In this document: in pieces, positions 14,614 to 25,970 of the stretch
How the letters are laid out: every line of letters starts with the position of its first letter
How positions within the stretch are numbered: position 1 is the stretch's first letter
Origin: Balamuthia mandrillaris
Taxonomy: Eukaryota
DNA length: 64,000 nt
Direction of reading: 5' to 3'
Assembly (NCBI GenBank): GCA_031835245.2
Contig: JAVKOQ020000056.1
Coordinates: 62,001 to 126,000, forward strand
Made by a program: the position numbers and the translations under genes
Notes under the pieces: generated by a model
What the model was told of the DNA's origin: nothing
Seen by the model: only the letters and a program-made list of their open reading frames with translations
Databases searched by the model: none

Positions 14614-16307
14614 TTATTGTCCCTTCTTTGCAGCTTTCGAGAGAGCGTCGTATAACGTTTCGTCGTTCAACGGTTGCCCTTCCGGGATCAACCCCGCGAA
14701 GCGTTCCCGCTGCATTCGCCAGAGGCACTGCGCGAACCGGTACAAGTAGTCATCGTACCGAAGAATGGGCTCGGCAGCGGCTATAATTTCGGGCGGTTGC
14801 TTGTCCCTCTCCCTCTGATGCTTCCCGGTGGCGTTCCTCGGTTCCTTGGCGAGGTACTGCCCTTTGGTCCAGCCGAACGTCTTTCGGAGGATCAAAAGGG
14901 AGAGCTCGTACTGTTCCGTCATGAGGACCACCGAAAAGTCCCGCAGGTTACGCATGGAGCAAAGCAGGTCGTGGTAGGTCAGGTTGCCTCGAGGTGTGCG
15001 GTAGGTCTTGGTGCTGCACAACACTTTGGTCATCAAGTTATCTTTGTGTGGTGCTGCCTGTTTTGTTATGTTACTCTCTTATGACAAGAAGAAGAAGAAG
15101 AAGGAGGAGGAGGAGGAGGAGAAGAACAAGACGAAGACCAAGAAGGAGAAGCAGAACGAACAGAAGAACAAAAGACGAGTAAGGAACAAGAATAAAAGAC
15201 AGGGGAAGATCACAAACCGGCTTTGAGGTGTTGGTGAGAAAGTCATGGAAGTCAATGCCATGCCGCTTTCCGTACACCTGTTGCCAAAAGTGGTATTGGG
15301 AGACCAACCGATCCAAAGGCTCTCTGAACATCGTTATGTACATATAGGGCCGCTCCGGTGTGAGCTCGTGTATTCCATACACGAAATGACCGATGATCAC
15401 CTTCGATGGCAAGAAAAGGCTCTGGAAACGATGGATAGATGGAAGACAAAGGACACAGGTGAATATAAAGAAGAAGCAGAAACAGAAGAAGAACAACAAG
15501 AAAAAGAACAACAACAATAAGACAACTACCACATAAGACAACAACAACTAGAAAGAGAAGAAGAACAACAAGAAGAAGTAGAAAAAGAGAGCCAATAAGA
15601 GAGGAAGATGAAGAACAATGCGTCGCACAAACCCGAGCAGTCTCTATCTGTTTCTTGTTCAGATAGTGTTTGTCCTTGAATCCAAGCTGGAAGCCTCCCA
15701 ACTGCTCCGGAAACCTGGTGTTGATAGAACGCCCCGCCTCGTTCTCTCTGAAAAAGTCCCACATGTTGCTCCCTCCGCTTTTCTCAATGTGAAGATAATA
15801 AATAGCAGCATCTGCACTTGCATTCCTTGCCAAGCTCTATGTCAAAACAAAGGGTTAGAGGCCTGCTCAACAAGAAAAAAACCTTTGGAGGGAAGACAAT
15901 ACTTCCACATCCCGAATGGCAGTCGGATAGTCGCTTAGACGAGAGGCTTCACACTCCTCGATCATACGCTCCGCCTCCGCTATCAAACAGGCGTCGCTCC
16001 ACTCCGCTTCTTTGTCCGGGTGACACTCTTTTCCGTTCTTCCGCTCCCTCCTTTCCTGTGTTCCATTCTCTTGTGATTGCTGTTGCTCTTTGTTGTTGTT
16101 GTTGTGCATGTGTTGCCTGTACCCTTCGAACTCGCGTTCCTGTCCCTGAAAAGCCTTGTCCCCTAGGACGTTGCTGATCACGACGGTCGCCTTTTGGACG
16201 GGAGCGTGGCGCTCGTCCGAAAACCTGTAGAAAGTCACCACGAACAAGAGCAGGACGAAGGCGACCCAGCCCAGCCAACCGCTTGCTTTGGCCTTGAGGT
16301 TCACCAT
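14614..16307 (-). CDS. Type II membrane (Golgi-type) sulfotransferase family protein
   Basis: N-terminal signal anchor. 5'-PSB-like YYLHIEKSGGS, GHF motif and 3'-PB-like YITMFREPLDRLVSQY; GT-AG introns. Confidence 0.8.
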
Positions 16308-16541
16308 GGTGTTGTGTGTCCCCTTCCCCTCCTTCTTCTCCGCTTGCTCCTCTGCTCTTCCTGCTGTGTGTTCTGCTCTTTGCTTTGCTTTTTTATGTTA
16401 TTTTATGAATAGGGGTGAGATATTATAGATATTCGCTTTTTAATGGAGGGACGGCCCCATCTCGTTTGTCCTTGTTTGGCGAAGGGGCGCGCTAAGGACA
16501 GATTTCGCCTGCACCCTTTGCTCCATGCATGCGCCAGCGGA

Positions 16542-16809
16542 CCAGTACCTACAAGTTGGGAGTGCCCAATGCCGACTATGGGAAGGGCAGGCGCGAGGCC
16601 GACGGAAGCTACGGATGGGGAACCGAACTCAAAAGCAGGCTGCGCAGGGACCAACGGGTGCACCTTTTTATCTGCTTTCCTTCATCCTGCCGCCATTGAA
16701 GATCTGCTGTTGGGTTGCGTTGCTTATGTTGCCCATCCGTAGTTTCGGTCCGCCTCGCGCTTGCCCTTCCCATAGTCGGCATTGGGCACTTCCAACTTGT
16801 AGGTACTGG
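16542..16809 (+). ncRNA. Long foldback (82-bp arms, 16542-16623 and 16728-16809); candidate miRNA/hairpin-RNA precursor
   Basis: The arms are reverse complements at 76/82 positions. The 3 transition differences form G-U pairs on the + strand, and the loop continues pairing. Intergenic location. The repeat is certain; RNA function is inferred. Confidence 0.55.
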
Positions 16810-17205
16810 CCGGCGAGCCAGCGTTTCCTTGTCCCCCGTTCGTGGTAGGACGATGCGTAGACCGTTGGAGGGCTAGAGGTTACCTGCCGTGTCCGGGCGC
16901 ACCTCCACTTTGTAAAGCACAGGAGGGGGAGGAAGACCACTCTTGATCAACCATACCTTGAAGGAGGCCGAGCCATATGACGTCGTGTGGTGGTGCCGCA
17001 CTCTCGCCCTTGTTGGTATTTGCTGCCGCGTGTTGGGTGGTCCCGTGTTGCTCTCTCTGTTGCGCCTTCTGTTTCTGTCCCCTTTCCTACTCTCAGTTTT
17101 AAGGTATGACACTGCTAAGAAAGAGGCAAAAACAGTGCAACAAAAATGACTTGTATATTCCAACAGAGAGAGAGAGAGAGAGAAGAGAAGAATGCGAACA
17201 AGTTC

Positions 17206-20200
17206 TTAAGAAGAAGACGATGAGGCAGCAGATGCTGCGGCACGAGCAGCATCCGAAGAAGAAGGCGGGGAGGAAGACGTCGACGCGTCTCCTCCGGTCG
17301 TCATCGTGGTGGTCATGCTGCTGGTCACCACCCGCGTCTTCTCCCAGGCCTGCGGGTCCGCCGCGTACTGCTCCTCCAACTTCTCCAGCTCGCTCACGAT
17401 CTCCCTCGCGGAGGGGCGCTGCGCCACAGTGGGGGACCAACACCGCTGAATGAGGTGCTGCACCGCCTCAGGGAGGTTCGCGGGCAACGTTGGCCGCAGC
17501 CCGTGCTCCGCCGCCTGCACCAATATCTGCACATCCAACGAAAAGTTATACTCCTCGTAGGGCTTCTTGTAGGTGCCGCTCATGCTCCGCTGCACCAGCT
17601 CCCAAAAGACGATGCCCAGGCTGAAGATGTCGGCGCTGACGGTGAAGCCCTTGCCGTAGAACAGCTCGGGGGCGCAGTAGCAGATGGTGCCGCAGAGCTT
17701 GCCGAGGGCGCTGCGATTGTCCTGCGTGTTGGTGCGGCTGAGCCCAAAGTCGGCCACTTTGATGTGCCAATCGGCCGTCACGAGGAGGTTCCCTGTCTTG
17801 AGGTCACGATGGAAGATGGGAGGGGTGCTGCCGTGGAGGAGCTCCAACCCGCGGGCTGTCTGCTTGGCAAAGGAGAGCACCATTTGCCAGCTGAGGTCCA
17901 GGTGGGGGTCCCGCAGGACCTGGTGGAGGCTGCCCCGCTCGCAGTACTCCATGACCAGGCAGACGGCTGGTTCCAGACAGACACCGTAGAACCGAACTAT
18001 TTCTTGGGCTGACTCGCCAAAGTTGCTGTTGATATTTTGATGAATGAAGTGATGATGAGATGAGAAGAGATAGAATAGAAAAGAGAAGAGTGAAGGAGGA
18101 ATAGAGAGAAAAGTGAAGCAAGAACGTAACAAACAAGAGTAACAAGAGAAAGGGAGCAGACAAAACACAAAGAATGAAATATGATAGTCCAACTAACCTC
18201 ATGACTTTAATTTCCTCCATGAGCTCCTGAATAGGGTCGTTCTCCTCCTCACGGTCACCTCTCTCGTAGAGCACCTTGATGGCCACGTCCTTTCGTTTGT
18301 ACAAGCCTCGGTAGACCTTGCCAGAGGCGCCCGTGCCGAGCTTCTTGGTGAACTCGAGCTGAGAGTGGGTCATGATCCAGTCGTCTCCTTCCTCCTCGTC
18401 AGCAGAGTCTGCCTCTTGCGCGGCCTGCTCGGCCATAGCTTTGCGAACGGCCTCCAAAGCGGCGGCGTCGCTGGTTCGCGTCATTCGCTTGTTGCGAGAC
18501 TCCTCGATGATCTTGGAGAGGGAGCCGATGATGGCTTGCTTGTCTTTGCCGCTAAGCGTCTCTGCCATCTCTAACACCTCCTCTTTGGACACTTTTTCGT
18601 CCTCCATTTCTATTGAGAAGCGAACGAGAACAGAAAGAGCGAAAAGAGGGGGAGGGAGGGGAGGATGGAGAGAAGAAAGGAGAAAGAAAGCGAATGATAG
18701 AAGTTAGAAAAATGATATCAAAGAATCGCATAAGAAAAAGAAAAGCAAAGTACTTTTGAGCAATTGCCAAGAGTTCTTGATGTCGCTCTTTCTGACTTTG
18801 TTCTCGCCGATCTCGTAGCCATAATTGCCCTCTATCTCATCCAATAGACGATCAAACTTCTTGGTGGACATCTTCAATAGGTCGTCAAGGAATATCTCCG
18901 ACTGGATGAAGAAGGTGAGCAGTTCTGGAACGCCTATCGTTTTGAGCCAGCTCAATAAATCTGCAAGCGAGTAAGTTTTTATATCAACAGAAGAAGCAAG
19001 GAAGAAGGAAAGTAGGAAGAGAAGAGATTTGCTTTGATGAAGGTAAAAGCAAGCAACTGACCATGAACTCTGCTGAGATGACTTGCAATCTCATGGTACT
19101 GAGCCTCCTGGGCCAGCGCCAATGGGGTCTTCATCTCGAGATTGCCAACCAGTTCAGTGTCCGCTCCTGCACAGAGAAGCTGAGAGACGACGTCCTTTCT
19201 GCCCAACCGCACTGCATAATGAAGAGGAGCTTCTCCTCTATAATATAATTCAGAGAGATAGTGGATAGAGTTATGAGTTTTGTGTTCTCTCTCGCTCCCT
19301 CTGAAAATGTATAAATAAAAGTGGCGTACCTTTCTGTGACTATGTTTACATCTGCCCCGTTTTCTATGAGACAATCGATGAGCAACACCCTCACACAATC
19401 GTTGAGGATGGCTTTATGAAGTGCTGTTTCTCCTGACTAGAAAGTTTTGGCGTCGTCAGTCACAATTACAATGATGAACAAGGAACGAAGAAAGAAGAAA
19501 GGAGCGAGGAGGCATTAAAAGAAGCAAACAGGTACCTCGTTTTGGAAGTTTACATCAGCGCCAAGGTTTATCATCATCTGAGCCAAGTCCTGACAGCTGG
19601 GCGAGAGGAAGCACTTGCAAAAGTAATGCAAAGGCGTGTTACCATCTTGGTTCACCACCGTAACTCGGATGTTTTCAAAGTTGAGCAACGCCTCGATGAT
19701 TTCATCCTTGACGTTCATCAAGCATGCCGTGTGAAGGGCGGTATAGCCGTATCGATCCTTAAAGTTAATGTCCATCTTTGCCTGTTTACAGTATTGTAAC
19801 ATCATTTTGGCTTTTAAGAGGAGAAATAGAAAGAGAAAGAGTTAGTCCCCATTATGAGAAGGAAGAAGACAAAGACGAGACACGCACTAATTCTCAGGTC
19901 GTTGGAACGAATGGCGCTGGCAAGTGGCGGCTCTCCATCTTCGTTCAGCTCTTCCAGCTTCTCTTGGGCAATCTCAGAGGTGAGAATGAGGTTGAGGGTG
20001 TGAATGTCCTTGCGAAGGATGGCAGGGTGAAGGGATTGCGCCATCGGAAGGAAAGGCGCAAACAGCTTGTTGATGGTTTCGTAAGCAAGGTCTCGTTGCT
20101 TGCTCTCGAATTGGCTGAGTACGGCCTTGTTAAAAGGAACAGAGTCAAGAACACCAATCGAACAACGGAGGTAATGCAAGAAGAAGAAAAGGATTTGCAA

Positions 20201-22496
20201 AGAAAGGGAAAAGGAGGTACCTTGGTGTCGTGAGAAAGGACGGTGATCGCGCCCTTACCTGTTTTTCTTACAAAGACAAGCGTGGGTAGAGGAAGTCGTT
20301 TCTGTTGTTCATTTTGGAGTTAGTTGAACGAGAAAAGAATGGCAAAAAGGAAGAAAGACCTTAAAGATAAAGCTCTCGTTGGTGCCGCTTTGCCGTTCTC
20401 CAAAGCAAATGTTGGTGGTAGAGAGGTAAAGCACGCCCTTGGTTTGTTCGTAGGAGCACAGATGGACGCTGACGAGGACCTCTTCTGGCAGTGCGGCCAG
20501 TTCAGGCCAGTTCAGCCGCCACTCCTCCTCCTCTTTCACTATGAGCTCCGCCACTCGGTCATTGACGCTGCCGCTGAACAGCCGAGAGAAGAGGCCTTTG
20601 CCCGCTTTGGAGCTTTCCTTGCGACTGCTGAAACCGCTGCCGCTGCTGCCGCTGGAACTGCCAGAACTGGCCGCAAAGTTACCGCTGTCTTTCAACGAGA
20701 CACCACCTCCAAACTTCATGCTCTTCCTTCGTTTTTTCTTGCTTTCATCTCTGTTCGGCGGCGTTAGTAGAAGGCAACAGAGAAAGAAACAGAAAGAGAG
20801 AAAGCAAGCAAGGGAAAAAAAAACAAAGGAAAAAGAGCGAAGCAAAGGCAGAGAGGAGAGAGAGAGAGGTGTACTTGTTGGGTTTGCGAGGCGAGACACT
20901 GTCGATACCAGTAGCTTTCACATTCGCTCGAGGATCATCTGAAGTAAGACTTGGGGCGCGACTCTTCCTTTCGCTTTTCTTTTCTTTTTTGCTGGAAGAA
21001 TGTTGCTCCACCGAGAAAGAAACGCTGCTGCTTTCTCTCTCTGGTGCCTCGTTGCCATCGTTGTTGTGGTGGTCGCGACCGCTCGGCAAACCATCGCCCG
21101 TGAAGGAACGCCGCTGCTCTCTTGTGCTCGTCGTATTGGCAGAGAGCGAGCTCGTTCCTGAGAAGGAGTCTCTGCTATCTTTGTCTTTATCGTTGTGGCT
21201 GGTGGAAGAGGTGGCGATGGTGCTGCGACCAGAGAAGAGGCTTTGAGAGGAGTTGCTGCGAGTCTGGACCATCGATACAGGCACCGTCTTGTGCATGGAG
21301 GAGTGCCAGCCTTGCTCGCGCGGAGCGGGCAGCAGGCTCACCTCTCCCGAGCAAGAGGCGGATAAATAGGCTGCAGAAGTGGAGGAAGAAAGAGAGGAAG
21401 AAGGGGCGGAGGAAGAACCAGAAGAAGGGCAAGAAGAGGAAGCAGAATAATTGGAGACATCCACGGAGACGCGACGCAGTTTGGAGCTTTGGTCGTTGCC
21501 GACCCATTTGAGAGCAATCTTGCGGCGAGTGGTTCGGACCAGCTCTTCCGCAAAGGGCTCCTCCAAGGCGGAGAGCTTGCCCAGCAGCTCTGCCAGTAGC
21601 TCCCGCACCGTGGTGTCGCTCAGGTTGGCCAGCTTTCTGTCCCAATCCTCCTCCGTCATGGGCTTTTTTGTTTGGAGCGCCCGGCTCTCGCGTTCTCCTT
21701 TGCCGCCCCTCTCCTCCCCGCTCATGCTGTGCGATGAGGTGGAGGAGGAAAAAGATGAAGGAGAGGAGCCCTCTCCTTCCGTTCCACTTTCGCCGCCGCT
21801 GAAGCCGCCAGAGAGCGACTCTGTGTTCGTGGAAGAGGAGGTTGGGGTGGTTTTTGTCGAGGCAGTTGAAGGAGAAGAAGAAGGGGAGGTTGGAGAAAGG
21901 AGCAGGGAGGTCGGTGTGTTTTCAGAGGAGGAGGAGAGGGAGCCTAAGCCGCCAAGGAAGGAGGCCGGCGGAGAGGAAGAAGGAGAGCGTCTTGTCTTTG
22001 CATTACTGTGGTTGCTGCTGTTGCTGTCGTTGGTGGTGTCGCCGCCGCTCAGGGAGGTCCGTCGGTGCTGCGGCAGGGTCTCTATCTCCGACTTGAGCTT
22101 CCGCCTCAGCTCTTGCTGCTGCCGCAAGAACCGCTCCTGCTCCTCCCTCTCCTTGGCCCGCTCCTTCTTGTCCCGTTTCTTGCTGCCGCTGCTGCCGCTG
22201 CTCTTCTTCTCTTTTTTGTGGCTGCTGCTCTTGCTGCTGTGCGCCTCGTTGGCGGGATCGATGGAAGAAGAAGAAGAGGTGGAGGAGGTGGAAGGAGAAG
22301 AAGAGGAATCCGTTTGGGACATTTCTGACAATGGCTCTCCTTCTTTTAGCGGCGAAGAAGGAATGCCGCCGCCGCCGTCTTTGTTGTGCTTGGAGGAAGG
22401 GCGTTGTCGTTGGAGCGGCGAGGAACGACCATGACGCAGCGCCGCCGCCGTTCTTTCGTCCAACTTGGTGTTGCTGGCGACCAAACGTTCGCTCAT
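17206..22496 (-). CDS. TKL-group protein kinase with Ser-rich N-terminus, GRAM-like domain, ankyrin repeats and SAM domain
   Basis: GVLYLSTTNICF (GRAM/PH-like). Ankyrin repeats GYTALHTAC, GNTPLHYFC, GETALHKAI and GEAPLHYAV. SAM-like WLKTIG...IFLDDLLKM. Kinase motifs LGTGASGKV, VAIK, HRDLKTGN, DFG and APE. Confidence 0.9.
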
Positions 22497-22879
22497 CGGT
22501 TTTTTCTCTTTTCTTTTAATATATATATTTTCTCTCTTTTTGTTTATATTAAAAAAAAATTAAATAAAAGAGCTGAAAAAAAATAAAAAAAGAAACAAGA
22601 AGAGACAGAGGAGGAGGTGGGCTAAACCTTGTTCTTGTTTTCAAGTTCAGAAGTTGCAAAACACAAAAAAAAAAAGTCCCCTTTTTGTTTTCTCTTCTCT
22701 TTTCTTTTTTTTTCTTTTGATAAATAATAAAAAATAAAATAAATTAGATATTATTATTTATCTAAAAAAGGTATAATTCGACCCCTCATAAAATCTGGAT
22801 CGAGATCGGATCTACGCGTGATGGACGGGTTTTGCCCTTTTCCGAGGTTCGAGGCCCACCTGAACTACGCGGATTTTGC

Positions 22880-23234
22880 GTCATGCTGGAGGGTGGCGGT
22901 GCGCTTCGAACATAGAGCGAATGCGTGTCTTTATCGTGTTGTTGCAGAATGCCTCTTCTCTCTCTCTCCCTCTCTCTCTCTCTCTCGCTCTCTCGCGTCT
23001 TTCTGTCTTTCTCTCTCGCGTCTTTCTGTCTTTCTCTCTCGTCTCTCTCTCTTCTCTCTTTCTCTCTTGTTGCTTTTGTCGTTGTTTGCTTCTGTGTGCG
23101 TGTCATGCTGGCGGCTGGCGGTGCGTTTTGAACAGAGTGATTGCGGGTCTAAAAATTGTTGTTACAGAATGCTTCTTCTCTCTCTCTCTCTGTTCTCTCA
23201 TTGCTTTTGTCGTTGTTTGCTTCTGTGTGCGTGT
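22880..23234. repeat. Imperfect tandem duplication (units about 22880-23101 and 23102-23234)
   Basis: Both units carry GTCATGCTGG..GGCGGTGCG..GAACA..TTGTT.CAGAATGC, a (CT)n tract and TTGCTTTTGTCGTTGTTTGCTTCTGTGTGCGTGT. Confidence 0.75.
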
Positions 23235-23256
23235 GTGTGTATGTGGCTCGCTTTGC

Positions 23257-25329
23257 CTATTCGCCATTCTCACCAGTTTCCTTGCCAGAAGACGAAGGGC
23301 TAGTGGGTCGTTCCGGTTGTGGTTGTGATGATGAGGAAGTTGTCCTCTCTTCTTGTGGTTGGTCTTTCGCATTCTCGTTCTTGTCGTTATCATTTGGCTT
23401 CTCGCTCTTGTTGCCATTCTCTTTCTCTTTGTCGTTCTTACTATTCACTGCCTTCTCCTGTTGTTGTTGTTGTGGCTGTTGCTGCTGCTTCTCTGGAAGT
23501 TTGAGCTTGTCAACCTCTCCACTGTGAATGGCATGGTCCATCACCGCCAAAAATCTCTCAAAGACTTCCTGAGCGAGGTTGGCTATCTCCTTGTTGGAAT
23601 GACGACTCAGCTTTTTTATCGTCTTTCCTATCTCCGTTTCCTGTTATTTTGTTGCAGCGAGAAGAGAAGAGGGAAAAAGCGAGAGGTGAGAATGAGAAGC
23701 GGAAAGAGTTGAGAGAGAGGTAAGTTATTGGAAATAGGAGCAAAGCAAGAAAGAGAGAAACGGGTTGCCAAACGAGGAAAGAATTCACTAGTAAATATTT
23801 CAAAAGGGAAAAGAGAGCAAAAGAAGAAAGTAGCCGTACATGAAGGAGCTGAATAGTAACAGGCAACTGCTTCAGTTTTTTTAAGCACAGCACGGCGCCG
23901 GGGATACGATCCTGCGAGATCCGTTTCTTCAGTCGATACTGTAGCTCCAAAAGTCTCATTCGGACCTGTTCACTGTCCTGCGTGCCACGTTTAGGTTTCT
24001 CCGTCTTTTTCTTACTTCCTCCGGTTGAAGAGGAGGAGGAACGTTTCTTCTTGCTTTCCCCTTTCTCTTCCTTCTCTCCTCGTTCGCTCCGCGGCGTTGA
24101 TTCCTCAGCTACCTTCTTTTTCTTGCCATTTCCGCTTTGCCGTTTATCATTTGCTGAAGCGGACTTATTTTTTGACTTATTATTGTTGTTCGTGTCGTTA
24201 GTGCGCTTTGTCTTCTTCGTATTTGCGGTCTTCTTCTTGGTCTCTTTCTTTGATTCAGCTTCATCATCGTATTCTTCTTCGTCCTCTTCGTGTTCTCCTT
24301 CTGACTCAGATGACACTACGGTGACATTTGCTTTCTTCGTAAGTCGTCTCTTTTTTGGGTTCTTGACTCGCTCTGCTTCTTTCGAAGCTGCAGTAGCTGA
24401 CTTTCGCTTTTTGCCCTTTGGCTCCTTTTTGTCCTCTTCTGATGCTTCTTGTTCAGAGAGCGACATGCCCTCTTCTTCAACAGCCTCTTGAATGGCTCGT
24501 TTCAAGCCTGCGCTCTTCACTTTTGACTTCTCTGCAAAGTGCTTGCGAAAGGGCAACATCACCGCTGGACGGTTTTCCATCCATGCACTGTAGTAAGATG
24601 AGAATAATGAATAAATTAAGAAAGGAGAGAACGAGGAGCAACAAAGTAGAGATAGGCGAGAGTAAGAAGAGCGAAGAGAGAGAGGGAGAGAGAGAGGGAG
24701 AGAGAGAGGGAGAGAGAGAGGGAGAGAGAGAGAGAAGCGGAGGGGCGAAGCAGAGAAGTAACGGAGTGCGAAACAAACAACGAAGTGAGAGAAATGAAGC
24801 AAGCGAACGAAGGTTGCGAGAACGAATCGCAAGAAGAACAAGAAGAAGAAGAAGAAGAAGAAGAACAAGAAGAAGAACAAGAAGAACAAGAAGAACAAGA
24901 AGAACAAGGAGAAGAAGAGCAACAACCACAACAATAACAACAACCAACAAATAAACAACAACAGGAACAAAGAGACAGAAGAAACGAAATGAATAAAAAT
25001 GACAACAAACCAGTTGTCCTCGCCGAAGAATCGAACTAACAGAGTGCCAGGTTTCTTCTCCGCCAAGACCTCTTCCGGGATCTCATCGTCGTTCTCGTCC
25101 ATAATCTATGTATCAAGTAAAAATCATAATATTTAAACACTAAAATCTCTCTCTCTCTCTCTCTTCTCTCTCAATCAACACACACGCTCACGCAGATCAT
25201 AATCAAACATAGGGTAAAAATAATAAATAAATCGAAATCAAAAAAACGTACGCGTGCGGGCCACCACGGGTAGCTGCGCATTTTCACCCACACCAGCTCG
25301 CCTGGCTGCACATCCGCTGCCGCCGCCAT
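23257..25329 (-). CDS. PWWP-domain protein with C-terminal TFIIS N-terminal-like (IBD/TND) domain
   Basis: GELVWVKMRSYPWWPAR...VRFFGE (PWWP), then a Lys/Glu-rich linker. C-terminal LKKLKQLPVTIQLLH-ETEIGKTIKKLSRH matches TFIIS-N domains. Confidence 0.85.
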
Positions 25330-25970
25330 GCTTCCAAACAAACAAAATATTTCGGCCGCGCGAGTGTTGTCAATGCAAAAAAGATGAGAGAGAAAGAGAG
25401 CAAAAAAGGAGGAGGAGGAGGAGTGGGCTGCGTTGGCCAACGGGGCTTAACGTTAGCGTAGGGTTGTTGGGCGCAGGCCTGCGAGTGAACGTTATCTTCG
25501 GACAATTTTGTCGACATGAATTTCCTTTTTCCATTCCAAAAGATTGATAATATCTGATTTTTTAAAATTTAGATGATTGTTGTTGATATTGTTGATATTA
25601 TTGGATAATTTCGACAATTGTGTTCCGTTTGTTCGATAATCTTTGTTTTTTTCGATGAGTTGCCGTTATCATTCATAATTTACCAAAAATTACGGAGTAT
25701 CGTCAATTTACAAAATAGTTTGATAAATGTCGATATGAGAAGTCGACAAAAATAGATGAATGGCCAAAATCTATCTTCATTGCCATAAATGGGATTTGTC
25801 GATTCGAACAGCTATCAGTGGGTGAGCAAAGAGAAGAGGGAGTGCCCAAACAGAATAGATAAAGCAAACCTCAAAAGCTTGCAAGCTTTGGTTTTGTTTG
25901 GTGTTGGTGTTTTTTTTTTTTTTTTTTGGCTGGTGGAGTGGTCTTGGGTGGTGGGGAGGACACATGCCAC

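Noticed and set aside
16525..16940. Opposite-strand ORFs sharing QYLQVGSAQCRLWEGQARG
   Set aside because: A by-product of the inverted repeat, with no evidence of protein coding.
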